The notes: a model not told the origin generated them from the letters alone. A stretch of DNA of 64,000 nt from Octopus vulgaris (GCA_951406725.2 OX597815.1:40238001-40302000), one strand, 5' to 3'; positions 1-13,099 are shown, numbered from the stretch's first letter. Translations and numbers: made by a program.

Positions 1-268
1 TTTTTTCTTCACAAATGTAAATAAACCAATCTGTTTCTTAAACGAGGGACATATTCATATGGCACAGAATGTTTTCACCTCAATAGACGTCATTGATTGG
101 TTGAAATTGAAGAAAAAAACAACAAATATGTTACAACCTATAGAATTTTCTCAATAAAGCCAAGAGAAAAAGATGTTTTATAAACACATTCTACCAGTAT
201 ACAAAGTTTAAAAGTGTTTAGTTACGTGGAAATTATTTTAAAAACTGCCGGTCAAACCGAAAAGATCC
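1..268 (+). mobile_element. MITE family A, copy 1 (cut by the window edge)
   Basis: Ends AAAAACTGCCGGTCAAACCGAAAAGATCC; body near-identical to the other copies. Confidence 0.9.
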
Positions 269-367
269 AATATTTGTTAATCAAGCACGTACCTTCATAA
301 ATTGTTCAAAGTAAAAGTATTTTTTTTAAGTCTGTGTTGCGTTGTCTATATGTTGAAAGACACAGAA

Positions 368-405
<38 letters not shown>

Positions 406-474
406 ACACAAAAGACTAACTATATCATTATATATACATATATATATATATATAGAGAGAGAGAGGTAGCGCAA

Positions 475-1236
475 GGATCTTTACCTTTTGACCGACAGAA
501 TTAAAAAATAATTTTTTTTAACTAAACACTTTCAAACTGCGTATACTTGTAGAATGTGTCACATAAAAACATCTTTTACTCATGGCGTTGTTGAGAAAAT
601 TCTGTATTTTGGGAGTAACTTCTTGTTAAAGTTGTAGTATTTCGGTAATTTCAACCAATTAATGACGTGTATTCAGCTGAATAAAATTACTGCCGTTGTT
701 TGTCAACAACTATCAGCGGTGTATTTTTCGTTTGTCACTGTTATTTATGACATCGTTCGTGCGTTTGTACTGGTTTTAGCTTTAAGGTTTTAGGGTTAGG
801 GTTTTAGAGTTAGGGTTAGGGTTTTAGGGTTAGAGTTAAGGTTAGAGTTGGGGTTTTAAGGTTAGAGTTACGGAAAAAAATTTAAAATGAAGCACGAACG
901 ATTATGGTGGTGGCATGAAGTAAACATGCTTTAGATACACTCGTTTATTCATACAAACGTAACTGAGATGAAATATGTCATAAATAACAGTGACAACCGC
1001 CGGAAATTGTTGTTGACAAACAACAGCAGTAATTTTATTCAGCTGAATACACGTCATTGATTGGTTGAAATTACCGAAATACGAGAACTTTAAAACGAAA
1101 TAACTTCGTAAACATAAGCTTTTCTCAAAAACGCTAAGAGTAAAAGATGTTTTATATGACACATTCTACCAGTGTCTGAAGTTTGAAAGTGTTTAGTTAC
1201 AAAAAAATTATTTTATAAATCTGTCGGTAAAGATCC
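475..1236. mobile_element. Long fold-back MITE related to family A, with TTAGGG-like core
   Basis: GGATCTTT...AAAGATCC termini; ~270-bp inverted arms (475-752 / 976-1236); degenerate (TTAGGG)n at ~783-870; imperfect 8-bp TSD tagcgcaa/gagggcaa. Confidence 0.85.
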
Positions 1237-1258
1237 GAGGGCAATATATAGTTAGACA

Positions 1259-1312
1259 GATACATACATACATACATACATACATACATACATACATACA
1301 TACATACATACA

Positions 1313-1341
<29 letters not shown>
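1259..1341. repeat. (TACA)n microsatellite
   Basis: Directly visible. Confidence 0.95.
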
Positions 1342-1344
<3 letters not shown>

Positions 1345-1439
1345 ACCTTTTTTGAAGTCTATGCTCTATTGTGCTGACAGACTTGCACTTACAATTCTAG
1401 TATTTTAAATAAAAAAATTGTTGGTTACTACCTGACAAA

Positions 1440-2828
1440 GCTCGCAAAAAACCGATAATTCCCCAAACCGAGTTCAAGTATAAGTAATTCTCAAAACCGG
1501 TTAAAAACCGGTTTTCGCGGGTACTACTTAAGAAGAGTGGTCCCGGTGCGCGCACTCGCGCAAGCTAGTCGTGACTAGTCGATCCTTACTTTGTGTTTTT
1601 GTGTTTTATTTACTTTGTTTTAAAAAAATTATTTACTTTGTGTAAAAAAATTATATAAGCCAACAAGATATACTTTGTCAAACAGATTTGGCTCACGAAA
1701 ATGCTTGTTTTCCCCAGCTAAAACCTGAATTTAACAAAGTTTTAAATAACGTAAGAAAAATTTCAAAACTTTTCCGTAAATCTCCTACAAAAAATGAAAT
1801 TTTGCAAGATTTTGTACGAGCGAACTTTGATAACAGAGAATATAAAGTTGTACTGGATTGTAGAACTCGGTGGAAAAGCACATTCCATATGATTGAGAGA
1901 TTTTTGAAATTGAAAAGCTGCATTCCAAATGCTCTACGAGCAGAACTTTCCACAGATGCCGTCGCTGACGAAGAATGGAAATCTCTCAATTTACTATATG
2001 AAATTCTGCGTTCAATAGAAATTATTTTGAAGGCTATTTGCGCTGATGATACGGGTTTACTGAAAGCGGAATATTCTATAGAATTTTTATTGAATAAACT
2101 TAATATCGTCGGCAACCCTTTGGCTCTAAATCTTCGTGAAAGACTTATGCATAGATATAATAAGAGAAGAAATGTCGAAACCTTGACTCTCTTGAAGTAT
2201 TTACATAACCCAAGGAAATTTAAAGGTGAGTCAATTTCTGGACCTTTTCTATTTTTTAACGAAACAACATTTAAGGAAGTATACTGAAGAAACATATAGG
2301 AGATTATTTCCTGAACATGATGCTGAGAACAACAGAATTATACAAAGAAAATGAAATAGGAGGGAACCTAAAAACAAGTGTTACTGTTGTCCCATCTACT
2401 TATGAAGGTAATGGACTCATTCGTGAATACACAAGCGCAATGAAGAAAATGAATGAAGAGCCCAAGATGGTAACAGATGGATTTGAAATCTCTAAAGAAT
2501 TCGGGTACTATTTAAAAAGAGTGATCCCGGTGCGCGCACTCGCGTACTCGCGCATCCGCGCTAGCTAGTCGTGACTTGTCGATCCTACAACGACTACCTA
2601 GCAAAGTAGATAAAACACAAAATAAATAATTTTTTTACACAAAGTAAATAATTTTTTTAGACACAGTAAATAAAACACAAAAACACAAAGTAAGGATCGA
2701 CTAGTCACGACTAGGTAGCGCGAGTGCGCGCACCGGGACCACTCTTCTTAAGTAGTACCCGCGAAAACCGGTTTTGAGAATTACTTATACTTGAACTCGG
2801 TTTTGGGAATTATCGGTTTTTTGCGAGC
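1440..2828 (+). mobile_element. Internally deleted hAT transposon with ~210-bp inverted arms
   Basis: 1440-1655 is the reverse complement of ~2625-2828; encloses a transposase fragment. Confidence 0.85.
1688..2520 (+). pseudogene. hAT (ZBED-like) transposase fragment
   Basis: VRKISKLFRKSP..N..LQ and LDCRTRWKSTFHMIERFLKLK match the hAT DxxTRWNSTxxM motif; N-terminus and C-terminal dimerisation domain missing; frameshift near 2270. Confidence 0.85.
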
Positions 2829-2978
2829 CCCAATGAGTATGTTGCCTGTAAACTAGAAGATGATGACGGCATTAACACGAAGTGTGGCTTCTCTGAACTC
2901 ATGACCGCTACATAGCGTAACATCTCGAAGGTTACGTTTTTGCAATCCAATGGCAAGGGAACAAACAGGACAGCGAAG

Positions 2979-3680
2979 GGATCTTTTTTGTAACTAGACA
3001 CTTTCAAACTTCGGACACTAGTAGAATGTGTCATATAAAACATGTCTTACTCTTAGCATTTTTGAGAAAAACTTATATTTATGAAATAATTTCACGTTAA
3101 AGTAGGCCTATTTCGGTAACTTCAGCTAATCAGCTGAATAAAATTACTGCCGTTGTTTGTCAACAAGAACTTCCGGCGGTGTATTTTTTGTTTGTCACTG
3201 TTATTTATGACAACCCCAACCCTAATACTAAAACCCTAATCCTAACCCTAACCCTAACACTAACCCTAACCCTAACCCTAAAACCATAACCCTAAAACCA
3301 TAACCCTAAAACCATAACCCTAACCCTAAAACCATAACTCTAACCCTAAAATCATAACCCTAACCCTAAAACCTTAAAGCTAAAACCAGTACAAACGCAC
3401 GAACGATGTCATAAATAACAGTGACAAACGAAAAATACACCGCCGATAGTTATTGTTGACAAACAACGGCAGTAATTTTATTCAGTTGAATACACATCAT
3501 TGATTGGTTGAAATTACCGAAATACGAGAACTTTAAGGTGAAATAACTTCGTAAATATAAGTTTTTCTCAAAAATGCTAAAAGTAAAAGATGTTTTTATA
3601 TGACACATTCTACCAGTGTCTGAAGTTTGAAAGTGTTTAGTTACAAAAAAATTATTTTATAAATCTGTACGTCAAAATCT
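2979..3680. mobile_element. Second long fold-back MITE (opposite orientation), (CCCTAA)n core
   Basis: Arms homologous to 475-1236; CCCTAA-type array ~3213-3380. Confidence 0.8.
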
Positions 3681-3719
3681 CAAAATGCAATTACAACTGT
3701 CGATCATGTCATTCTTCTG

Positions 3720-3960
3720 TTGTGAAAGTCTTCTACCCTGATTATAAATTTCCCTTTATACCAATAATCATTTATGCTAGAAAATGTCAAAGTCACAGTC
3801 TGGAGACACTAGAATTTTCAAGTAAAGAAAGAGACCGGCTAACACGAACTTTACAATACATGCAATCTACATGTGGAACAGTAAAAATATGCAAGACCTT
3901 CTTAAAGTTCAATATGTAACAGTTTTTGTTACTCTTATCTAAACTCCAAATAATGGAGGT
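3720..3960 (+). mobile_element. 3' fragment of an RLE-type (R4/Dong-like) non-LTR retrotransposon
   Basis: FYPDYKFPFIPIII...TRTLQ...GTVKICKTFLKF* resembles the restriction-like endonuclease C-terminus; related pieces at 26330-26500 (KICKTSLRF) and 27365-27470 (YSDYKFSFVPTII). Confidence 0.6.
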
Positions 3961-3968
3961 TTTGTTTC

Positions 3969-4358
3969 GTATCTTTTCGGTTTGAACGGCAGTTTTTTCT
4001 AGCGGTGTCATATGAAATTGTCACCCATAATTATGACCCTAGTATCGATTAGGGTTAGTGGTGGGGGGAAGGGTATCTTTTTTTCTTCATAAATGTAAAT
4101 AAACCCAATCTGTTTCTTAAACGAGGGACATATTCATACGGCACAGAATGTTTTCACCTCAATAGCCGCCATTCATTGGTTGAAATTGCAGAAATTGAAG
4201 AAAAAAAAACAACAAATATCTTGCAAACTATAGAATTTTCTCAATAAAGCCAAGAGAAAAAGATGTTTTATAAACACATTCTACCAGTATACCAAGTTTA
4301 AAATTTTTTAGTTACCTAGAAATTATGTTAAAAACTGCCGTTCAAACCGAAAAGATCC
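3969..4358 (+). mobile_element. MITE family A, copy 2
   Basis: ~29-bp TIRs; 8-bp TSD TTTGTTTC. Confidence 0.92.
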
Positions 4359-5362
4359 TTTGTTTCCTTGATAGAAACCAGCTCTTTATTTCTAGAAAGA
4401 ATATTAATAAATATAAAAGAGAAACAAAACATGCATGCCAAACAGTATTTATAAGAGAACATATATTCAAATCCCATTTGACGGTTATTCTGTTCACTCA
4501 AATCTTGTTTTTGAACACATCGTGAACATTAAGACCAGATATTTTATAAAAGTACTTTAACAAAGAATATTATATTTGGGTGTGTCTCAACAAGCAGTTC
4601 ACCTAAAAGTTCTAAGTTTATACAGGCATACTTACGTAAATACAGACACATACACATAAATAAATACGTGATGTATGCATTCATACCTACATATATGCAC
4701 AGAATAAAAGAAGTCAAGGCTTATCAGTTACTATCCATCCACGTTACAAGGCCGTCGAGCTCTTTCTTTTTCCCTTCCTTCTCAACACAATTCAGCTCTT
4801 CCACAACTATAAACACACACATAAGTTAATGCATTCATACATACCTACACACACATGCCCAAAAAAATGAAGTCAAGGCCGATTGGTTAATTTCCATCCA
4901 TATTACAGGGCCAGTCACTTATTCACTATTCACTTACCCTTCTAGCACAATTCACTTTTATTCCAAAATGTTTAAAGTACGCCCACAAACGCTTGTCCGA
5001 ATTATCCTCGCCTTAACACAAAGGAAAATTAGTTTATTTAGTATGTCTCTCTAAGGGGATTTTGTTTTTACTGTATATTCTTTCCTCGGAGTACATGTCA
5101 AGCAGAGAAGAAACAGATGTTGTTACGTTCATGCTTGTTTTCAAGATATTACTGACAAACAGACGACTCAGTTTACTGTGGTACAGTTTTTGAAGGCTAC
5201 AAAATTCTTGCTTGGATACAGTGCTGAGCAACATAAATACTGAAGAATATATAGATTCAATCTACTCAGTACAAAATTAATATTTTAATAAATTCAACGT
5301 TATACTGTATCATTGCAAATTGCCTGCATATGTGTAATATTGTATCAAAGTAATGAAATTGT

Positions 5363-5792
5363 GGATCTTTTCGGTTTGAACAGCAGTTTTTAAAAATAAT
5401 TTCCACGTAACTTAAACACTTTTAAACTTCGTATACTGGTAGAATGTGTTTATAAAACATCTTTTTCTCTTGGCTTTATTGAGAAAATTCTATAGTTTGT
5501 AAGATATTTGTTGTTTTTTGTTTTGTTTTTTTCTTCAGTTTCTGCAATTTCAACCAATCAATGATGTCTATTGAGGTGAAAACATTCTGTGCCGTATGAA
5601 TATGTCCCTCGTTTAAGAAACAGATTGGGTTTATTTACATTTCTGAAAAAAAAAAAGATACCCTTCCCCCCACCCCTAACCCTAACCCTAAAACAGATTG
5701 AAATGCAATAGATCGATACTAGGGTCATAATTATGGGTGACAATTTCATATGACACCGCTAGAAAAAACTACCGTTCAAACCGAAAAGATCC
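5363..5792 (-). mobile_element. MITE family A, copy 3
   Basis: TIRs GGATCTTTTCGGTTTGAAC...; 8-bp TSD GAAATTGT; internal CCCTAA tract. Confidence 0.93.
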
Positions 5793-7228
5793 GAAATTGT
5801 AATTCGTTCTAGGCTATAATATAGTAATACTGTATAGAGTAACTAATTTCAAAAATTTTTCTACTTAGGGTTAGGGTTAGAGTTTTAAGGTTAGGCTTAG
5901 GGTTTTAGGGTTACGTAAAATAGTGAAAAATGAAGAAATTGAGGGAGTAATGGGGGTGGGGGCTAAAAAATTCAAAATTATGATTTTTTGCAATATTCTG
6001 GAATTTCTGTATCCGAAAACGTGAGTTTTTAGCAAAAAATCATAATTTTAGTAATAATTTGCGAGGAAATGGTGTGGGGGAGGAAGTCTTCCCTAATAAT
6101 CTTTTCAAATTTTGGCACAAGGCCAGCAATTTCGGGGACAGGGGCCAAGTCGATTACATTGACCCCAGTATTCAACTAGTACTTATTTTATCGACCCCGA
6201 AAGGATGAAAGGAAAAGTCGACAATAAAATTACAAACCTTTGAATATTAAAAATTTCTTTTGTAATTTCTGCGAATAAGAACCAGCCATTTCGCTTCGTG
6301 CCGTCGCAATGTTATGGCAAGCATCATGCTTTTTTTCAAGGCACGGTTGTTTCCAGTTTCCAATATGTGATGAAAAGAAAATTGCAAATTTTTTCTTTGG
6401 GGGGAGGGGGGAGCAGTTTTTAAAAACGTCACTAAATGATTAAAGATTAAAAGATATATTTAATGAAAGAAACCACAAATTAACGTGTGCAATGAAATTT
6501 TACGATGCATTAATCCCAAACCCTGTTTCTAAACTCTAACCTTAAACCCTAACCGTAAGCAATAATCCTAAACCCTAAACCAAGACTCTAAATCCTTACC
6601 CTAAACTCTAACCCCAAACCCTATACCATAAGCCGTAGCCCGATACTAGCTTCCAATTCATTGACATGGTAACATATACAAATAACATTGTCTGCTGAAA
6701 AGGATATCAAGAAATAATAAATCTGGTTCGCTAAAATTACAAAAAATTTTAGCCATTAAAGGTTTATATTTTTTATTATTAATTTCCTCAGAAATTGATG
6801 TGATTCTCATAAGTGACACGAAAACAATTTTCAAATCGAAAAGAACAGATTAAAAATTTATTTGCAAATGTTTCTCGGATTTGTTGTCACTCATTCACTT
6901 TTAACATTGTAACCCATATTTGGCACTAACAACCTCACCCTTACTTCTTTTCATCATGGATTCAGCTGAAACCATAGCTATTTGTTGAATTTTCACTCCG
7001 CCTATTCAGAATACAACTGTGTCCCACCCACCTTCTATGTCCAATCCCAGCTATTCTAATTAGAATTTCAAAGCTGCTCCTGATGAAACAGCATGCTGCG
7101 CGCGCGCGAGTGTGTGTGTGTGTGTGTGATTGTGAGTTTATGTGTGCATGTGAGCATTTATATATATATATATACACATACATACATACATACATACATA
7201 CATACATACATACATAGACACACATATA

Positions 7229-8104
7229 CGAAGTCTGATCAATAAGTATCCGGACTGTTGCCATAGTAACGAAGCTAAAGCATACATAGTGAAGTCGCTC
7301 GGCAAACATTGGCCTTGAACTCTGCTGTGCATGCGCATTAAGTTTTAACGTTCTAGCTCACTTCCTCTGTTTACAGCAGTGCTTGGAAGGCAGTGCTTGT
7401 GTAGCGTGTGATCGTCGCTTTGAGTATGACAGAGAAAGTTGTCAGTACGATACCTGCTCAGAAGTCAAGACAAAGTTGCAGAAAGTGTATGGAGAGGAGT
7501 GTATGAGCCGTACACAAGTGTACGAGTGATTCAGACGTTTCCAAGATGACCGAAAACATATTGATATTGACGAAAGTTCTCAACCAGCAAAAATGAGAAA
7601 GCAGATGTGCGTGCAGTTGTGAGGGGAAATCATCGAATCACTATTCGTGAGTTATCAGAGGATGTGCGGATTAGTTACAGTTCAGTCCATTATCATTGAA
7701 GATTTGGGTATGAGACGCGTGCCTGCAAAGTTTATGTCAAAACTTCTTTCAGCTGACCAAAAGGACACTTGGGTGTTAGTTGCACAAGCTCTCCTTGATT
7801 GTGTCGAGAACGATGGAAACTTTTTGAAAACTTTGTGTAGGCTTCTGAGCAGGTATCGCTAAGCTTTCGGCAAAATTTGATGCAGATTCTCTGCTCAGCT
7901 TTCTCTGTCATGGTCAATGCGACAATCACACGCTACACACGTTCATTCTAAGCACTGCTGTAAACAGCAGAAGCAAGCTAGAACGTTAAAACTTAGTGCG
8001 CATGCACGGCAGAGTTCAAGGTCAATCTGTGCCGAGAGGTTTCACTCTGTGTACTTTAGCTTCGTTGCTATGGCAACAGTCCGGATACCCATTGATCAGA
8101 CAAC

Positions 8105-8105
<1 letters not shown>
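7229..8105. mobile_element. Mariner-type fold-back element built from two 5' ends
   Basis: TA-flanked termini CGAAGTCTGATCAAT.../...ATTGATCAGACAACG; ~210-bp inverted arms; mariner transposase N-terminus on + (RITIRELSEDVRISY..IIEDLGMRRVPAKFMSKLLSADQK) and a second start on - (MTEKAEQRICIKFC). Confidence 0.88.
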
Positions 8106-8162
<57 letters not shown>

Positions 8163-9137
8163 GTGCGTGAGATCAGCACATACAAATTTGAAATTTTATC
8201 AGTGGGTGCTTTATATACCCCTGGTTTATAGTTTTGTAACTTTAGCTGATCTTGCTGAGTAAATTCGACTTTTATGGGCTGGTAAATTTAATCAACAGGT
8301 GTAAAAGCAATAATATTATGGATAAACACTAAAATTGAAATTCTTAATGCATCTTGCCCGTTTCTTTTGTTACTAAAATTATTCCTGATGGCAACCGACA
8401 AAAGTTTTGCCACTTTTCAAGATGAGGTACATTAATTTGAATTAATTAAAATACAGATATAATCGGTACAAGATTTTATTCTTTCGGTAAATATTTTGTA
8501 CCTTGGTGTGGAATCATTTTTTCCACAGTTTTTTGGGGGTTTTTTCGTGTGCATTATACGTATCTGACCCCCAAACCCGCCGCAAGTCACTTTTTCCGGA
8601 AAAGAAAGGTGGGAGGGGTGGTGGGGACCTCGAAGTTTCCCACCAAGGGAGTTTTGTTTCGCGGGTCTTCTTTTCTTTTCCCGGTTATTTTGCATGCTTT
8701 CAACGAATGCGATATTGAAATCACGCGTAAACGGCTCCTTTTACCAGAAAAGGAAACATTTGGCCAAAATTAAACTGTTTGGCTTGCTACCACGTAACAG
8801 CTATTTGCGTTTACACAAATATTTACCAGCTTCTTTCCTTCTATTTATTTTTTCCACTTTATGGAAGTCAATATTTTCTCTGTTGACATACACCTCAGTT
8901 AATTTTGCATTACTCCCAGTTCTATGCTTTCTGGAAGGAAAGCCAGTTCTGTGTTTTCTAGAAGAAATGCCCTCACATTATCTCAAAGCTACGACAATTC
9001 ACTAACGTGATTTGTTTATTTTTAAAAAAGAATTTGAAGAGGAATTAGATACGGGTTTTGGCCGGTTTAAACACTACAGGGTTAAAAAGTGCCAAAACTA
9101 TAAAATCAGCTTTTTTGGCCTTTGAAAGGTTTACCGG

Positions 9138-9575
9138 GGATCTTTTCGGTTTGAACGGCAGTTTTTTCTAGCGGTGTCATATGAAATTGTCACCCATAAT
9201 TATGACCCTAGAATCGATCTATTGCATTTCAATCTCTTTTAGAGTTAGGGTTAGTTAGGGTTACGGTTAGGGTTAGAGGTGGGGGAAGGGTATCTTTTTT
9301 TTCTTCACAAATGTAAATAAACCCAATCTGTTTCTTAAACGAGGAACATATTCATACGGCACAGAATGCTTTTTAACTCAATAGACGTCAATGATTGGTT
9401 GAAATTGCAGAAATTGAAGAAAAAAACAACAAATATCTTACAAACTATAGAATTTTCTCAATAAAGGCAAGAGAAAAAAATGTTCTATAAACACATTCTA
9501 CCAGTATACGAAATTTAAAATTTTTTAGTTACCTAGAAATTATGTTAAAAACTGCCGTTCAAACCGAAAAGATCC
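9138..9575 (+). mobile_element. MITE family A, copy 4
   Basis: TIRs; TSD TTTACCGG/TTTACCGT (7/8); internal TTAGGG tract. Confidence 0.92.
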
Positions 9576-10194
9576 TTTACCGTTTTTTATAAAATCTTTG
9601 GGCTAACGGGCTTGAGTTAAGGGAAGCTAAATGTAACGGAAGTTAATTAGTCCGATAATGATTGTTAAAGTTAACTTAAAAGTTAAATTGTTAACGAAAG
9701 CGTTAACTTCGTTAATTAACGATTATCGGATTAACAGACTTACACCCAGCTCTGTATATATATGTATGTGTGTGTGTGTGTGTGTGTGTATTATTAAAAT
9801 TATAATTTCGGGTATCTAAGAGATACCGCCACGCTGGAAATAGCAGCCAAATCTACAAATCATTACCAAGTTTTATCGGAAAGTTTCAGGCACAACCTAG
9901 AATAATGTGTAACCCAAAAATAATCTGGCTGTAAAGTCTCCTTGGAATAAAACAGGAATGAGACAAGAAAGGTGAAACAGGTATACTGAAAGTCGTAATA
10001 AAGAAGTAAAATAAAAGTGTCAAGTACAGAAATATTGTCTGTTTCGCACGTTATAATCTTTTCTTTGTTCCTCGATTTTTGTTTAAAATCTCGTTTTTCT
10101 CTCTCATTTCCTCTCTCTATTTCTCTCTCTTTCTTTCTCTGCCTGTCAGTCTCTCTATCTCTCTCTCACACCCTCACACACACGTACATGTTCG

Positions 10195-10308
<114 letters not shown>

Positions 10309-10699
10309 CGCATACATTTACAGGCATGCATGTTTATAATTTAATATATTAATTAAACTCCTTATTTTTCTTCACCCTTTGAAACATTCCATAAAGTTAA
10401 TATTTATACGTCACAAATATGCACTATTAAAACTACACCTACTTCGCTACCACTAACTCCCACCCACAAGATGAAAGAAAATCTACAAAACTTTGAAAAA
10501 AACAACGATTTAGCGTGATGAAGCCATAATCCACAAAACTTCGAAACCTCAGTCATGTTTCTTCTTGATAACTCTGCTTAAAAGTATTCAATAAATGTTT
10601 GACGTTCAATAAATGCTCGATGTTTTACAAATATAATTGTACAGAAAACCAAATATTAATTGAGAACATGCTTCAAAGAATCCTTTATTTGGAGACAGA

Positions 10700-12235
10700 A
10701 GGCTAATCTTCATCTACCAACATAAATGTCACAATTATATAGATAACTCAGCGACCCAATTCGCAAAAGTCTTGCTTCAATTAAGGCCAAGAGTCAGTTG
10801 CAAGTTGATACTGAAGTTGGAAATATCAAAATAACAAAAAGTTGTGGAACAATCAATAGATTTCATGAAATGCTATCGAAAGTTTATTCCAGTCTATCTC
10901 AAAATATTAGCAAACATGAGAAACTGTGTGAACTTGCCATCCTAGCTCCCAAAAATGACAGTTTAAAGATATGTATGACACCATCATTTAACAGGTACTA
11001 GTTCGATCCAGATGGCACAAGTCAGTTTATACCAGGTATGGCAGCTGTAGTGATCCGACAACGGTGCGCGCGCGCGCGCCTTCCATTTGTATTTCGCGCG
11101 TGTTGGTGCCTTTACCAAGGCACAGAAAGGAAGGGCCCTCTCGCGCATGCGCGAACCACCGGTAGCACGACCCTATTGCCTACGTAGCAGTTAGCGAGGC
11201 AAGGGGGTCGTAGAACGTTTGACCGCTAGCGTCCAGCAAGCGGTGACTTGGGAACCCAGCGATTGACGGCGACGGTCACGCATATATTCTCTCCGTCAGG
11301 ATTAGATTCTAGCAGTCCTTTGGCCGAAGACTTTTAACCAAAATTGTTGCAGACCAACATCGTCTCCATTGTTCGACGCCATCTTGAATCCTTTCTGTTT
11401 TTGGGCTGGAGATTGTAAATATTACAATCTATTAACTTTCAGCCTTGCGCGCCCGAATCAAGGACATCAGATAACACACTTATTGTTATTGTTTACCAAG
11501 AAAGAGAATAAAGTAGTTATATATATATTTCACGTCTGCGTCCTGTTTGTTTCTGACTAGTAGAGATTCTGGATTATTAAGTAACGGCTAGTGAGTGATT
11601 GCTTTGTGCACCCCAAAAGTGCACAAGAGATATTTATACCAGGTATGGCAGCCTTTTTCGAGATACAGGCCGCGTGAGACATGGCTCATCGTCAAACCGA
11701 CCGCACTACTAAAGAATTAAAGATAATTTTCCGTTCGCCGTGCCAAAGAGAAAGCCCCAAAGAACGCAGTTTGCCCATGACTGATTTTCAAAGTTGTGAC
11801 GTTACAGATGCTGCCAACTATTCAAAAAAGTTTTCTCTTCAGCCCACTATTGTCCTTTTTCACAATCTTTAACTGAAAGTAGGAACACTAATTATAACAC
11901 TACGAAATTTGAATGCAAGATTCTGTAACAGTATGCTCTGTGTAATCGAAACCACCATCACGATGAGTTGTGACGCGAGAGCAGATTTTTTTCATTCCAC
12001 GCATTCCTCTCAATCTATCAGATATGCCGTTTCAGTTCAAGCGCCTACAGTTTCCAGTTACATTGTCCTTTTCTATGACCAAGTCTCAGAGACAGTCCCT
12101 CACGGTTGCTGATGTTTCTCTCATGATCTGTTCTATTTTGTATGCTCATGTATTGGGCCAAACTGATATCTTTTCACCAGAGGGCCAAGCTGCAAAGCAA
12201 AATATGTTGTCTACCCTTGTGAGCCCTTACTGAAT
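10700..12235 (+). pseudogene. Decayed Helitron PIF1-like helicase, interrupted by an insertion at ~11000-11700
   Basis: LCELAILAPKN; HNL*LKVGTLIITLRNLN; FIPRIPLNLSDMPFQFKRLQFPVTLSFSMTKSQRQSL. Confidence 0.8.
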
Positions 12236-12475
12236 AAAATTTATTCCTATTCGAATTGCTTATTTTGTGTGCTGAAATTGTAAGAACTGTAGGATTGTTA
12301 GAAAATATATATTAAAAAAAACCCTAAAGATTATGTTTTCTGAAACCATATAATTAAAATCATCAATAGACATTTTGTCTCAAAAGTTTCACACTAAAAA
12401 TTCATCTTTAGATGTGCATTTCTAATACAATACGAGCATATGTAACTGCGAATAGAAAGCATTCAATAAACTTTA

Positions 12476-12911
12476 GGATCTTTTCGGTTTGAACGGCAGT
12501 TTTTTCTAGCGGTGTCATATGAAATTGTCACCCATAATTATGACCCTAGTATCGATCTATTGCATTTCAATCTGTTTTAGGGTTAGGGTTAGAGTTAGGG
12601 TTAGTTAGGGTTAGGGTTAGGAGAAGGGTATCTTTTTTCTTCACAAATGTAAATAAACCCAATCTGTTTCTTAAACGAGGGACATATTCATACGGCACAG
12701 AATGTTTTCACCCCAATAGACGTCATTGATTGGTTGAAATTGCAGAAATTGAAGAAAAAAACAACAAATATCTTACAAACTATAGAATTTTCTCAATAAA
12801 GCCAAGAGAAAAAGATGTTTTATAAACACATTCTACCAGTATACGAAGTTTAAAAGTGTTTAGTTACGTGGAAATTATTTTAAAAAACTGCCGGTCAAAC
12901 CGAAAAGATCC
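12476..12911 (+). mobile_element. MITE family A, copy 5
   Basis: TIRs; 8-bp TSD AAACTTTA; TTAGGG tract ~12577-12621. Confidence 0.93.
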
Positions 12912-13038
12912 AAACTTTAAGTAAATTAAGTTTAACAAAGTGTTTCTCCATTTTTGGCATCAAGGCAATGCCGAATCACCTCTACTTGTGTGTATGTATG
13001 TATGTGTGTGTGTGCGCGCGCGCACTCGCACACGCACG

Positions 13039-13099
<61 letters not shown>

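Noticed and set aside
1693-2295. 200-aa minus-strand ORF
   Set aside because: Antisense shadow of the hAT transposase fragment; no recognisable motifs.
783-3380. True telomere or chromosome-fusion site
   Set aside because: The TTAGGG/CCCTAA arrays are short, degenerate and enclosed in TIR elements.
6940-7085. PDZ-like exon on the minus strand (LGLDIEGGWDT...GVKIQQI)
   Set aside because: Splice-like boundaries exist, but all frames contain stops and the similarity is too short to support a call.
9070-9085. piggyBac end (AGGG-TTAA)
   Set aside because: No matching left terminus was found.
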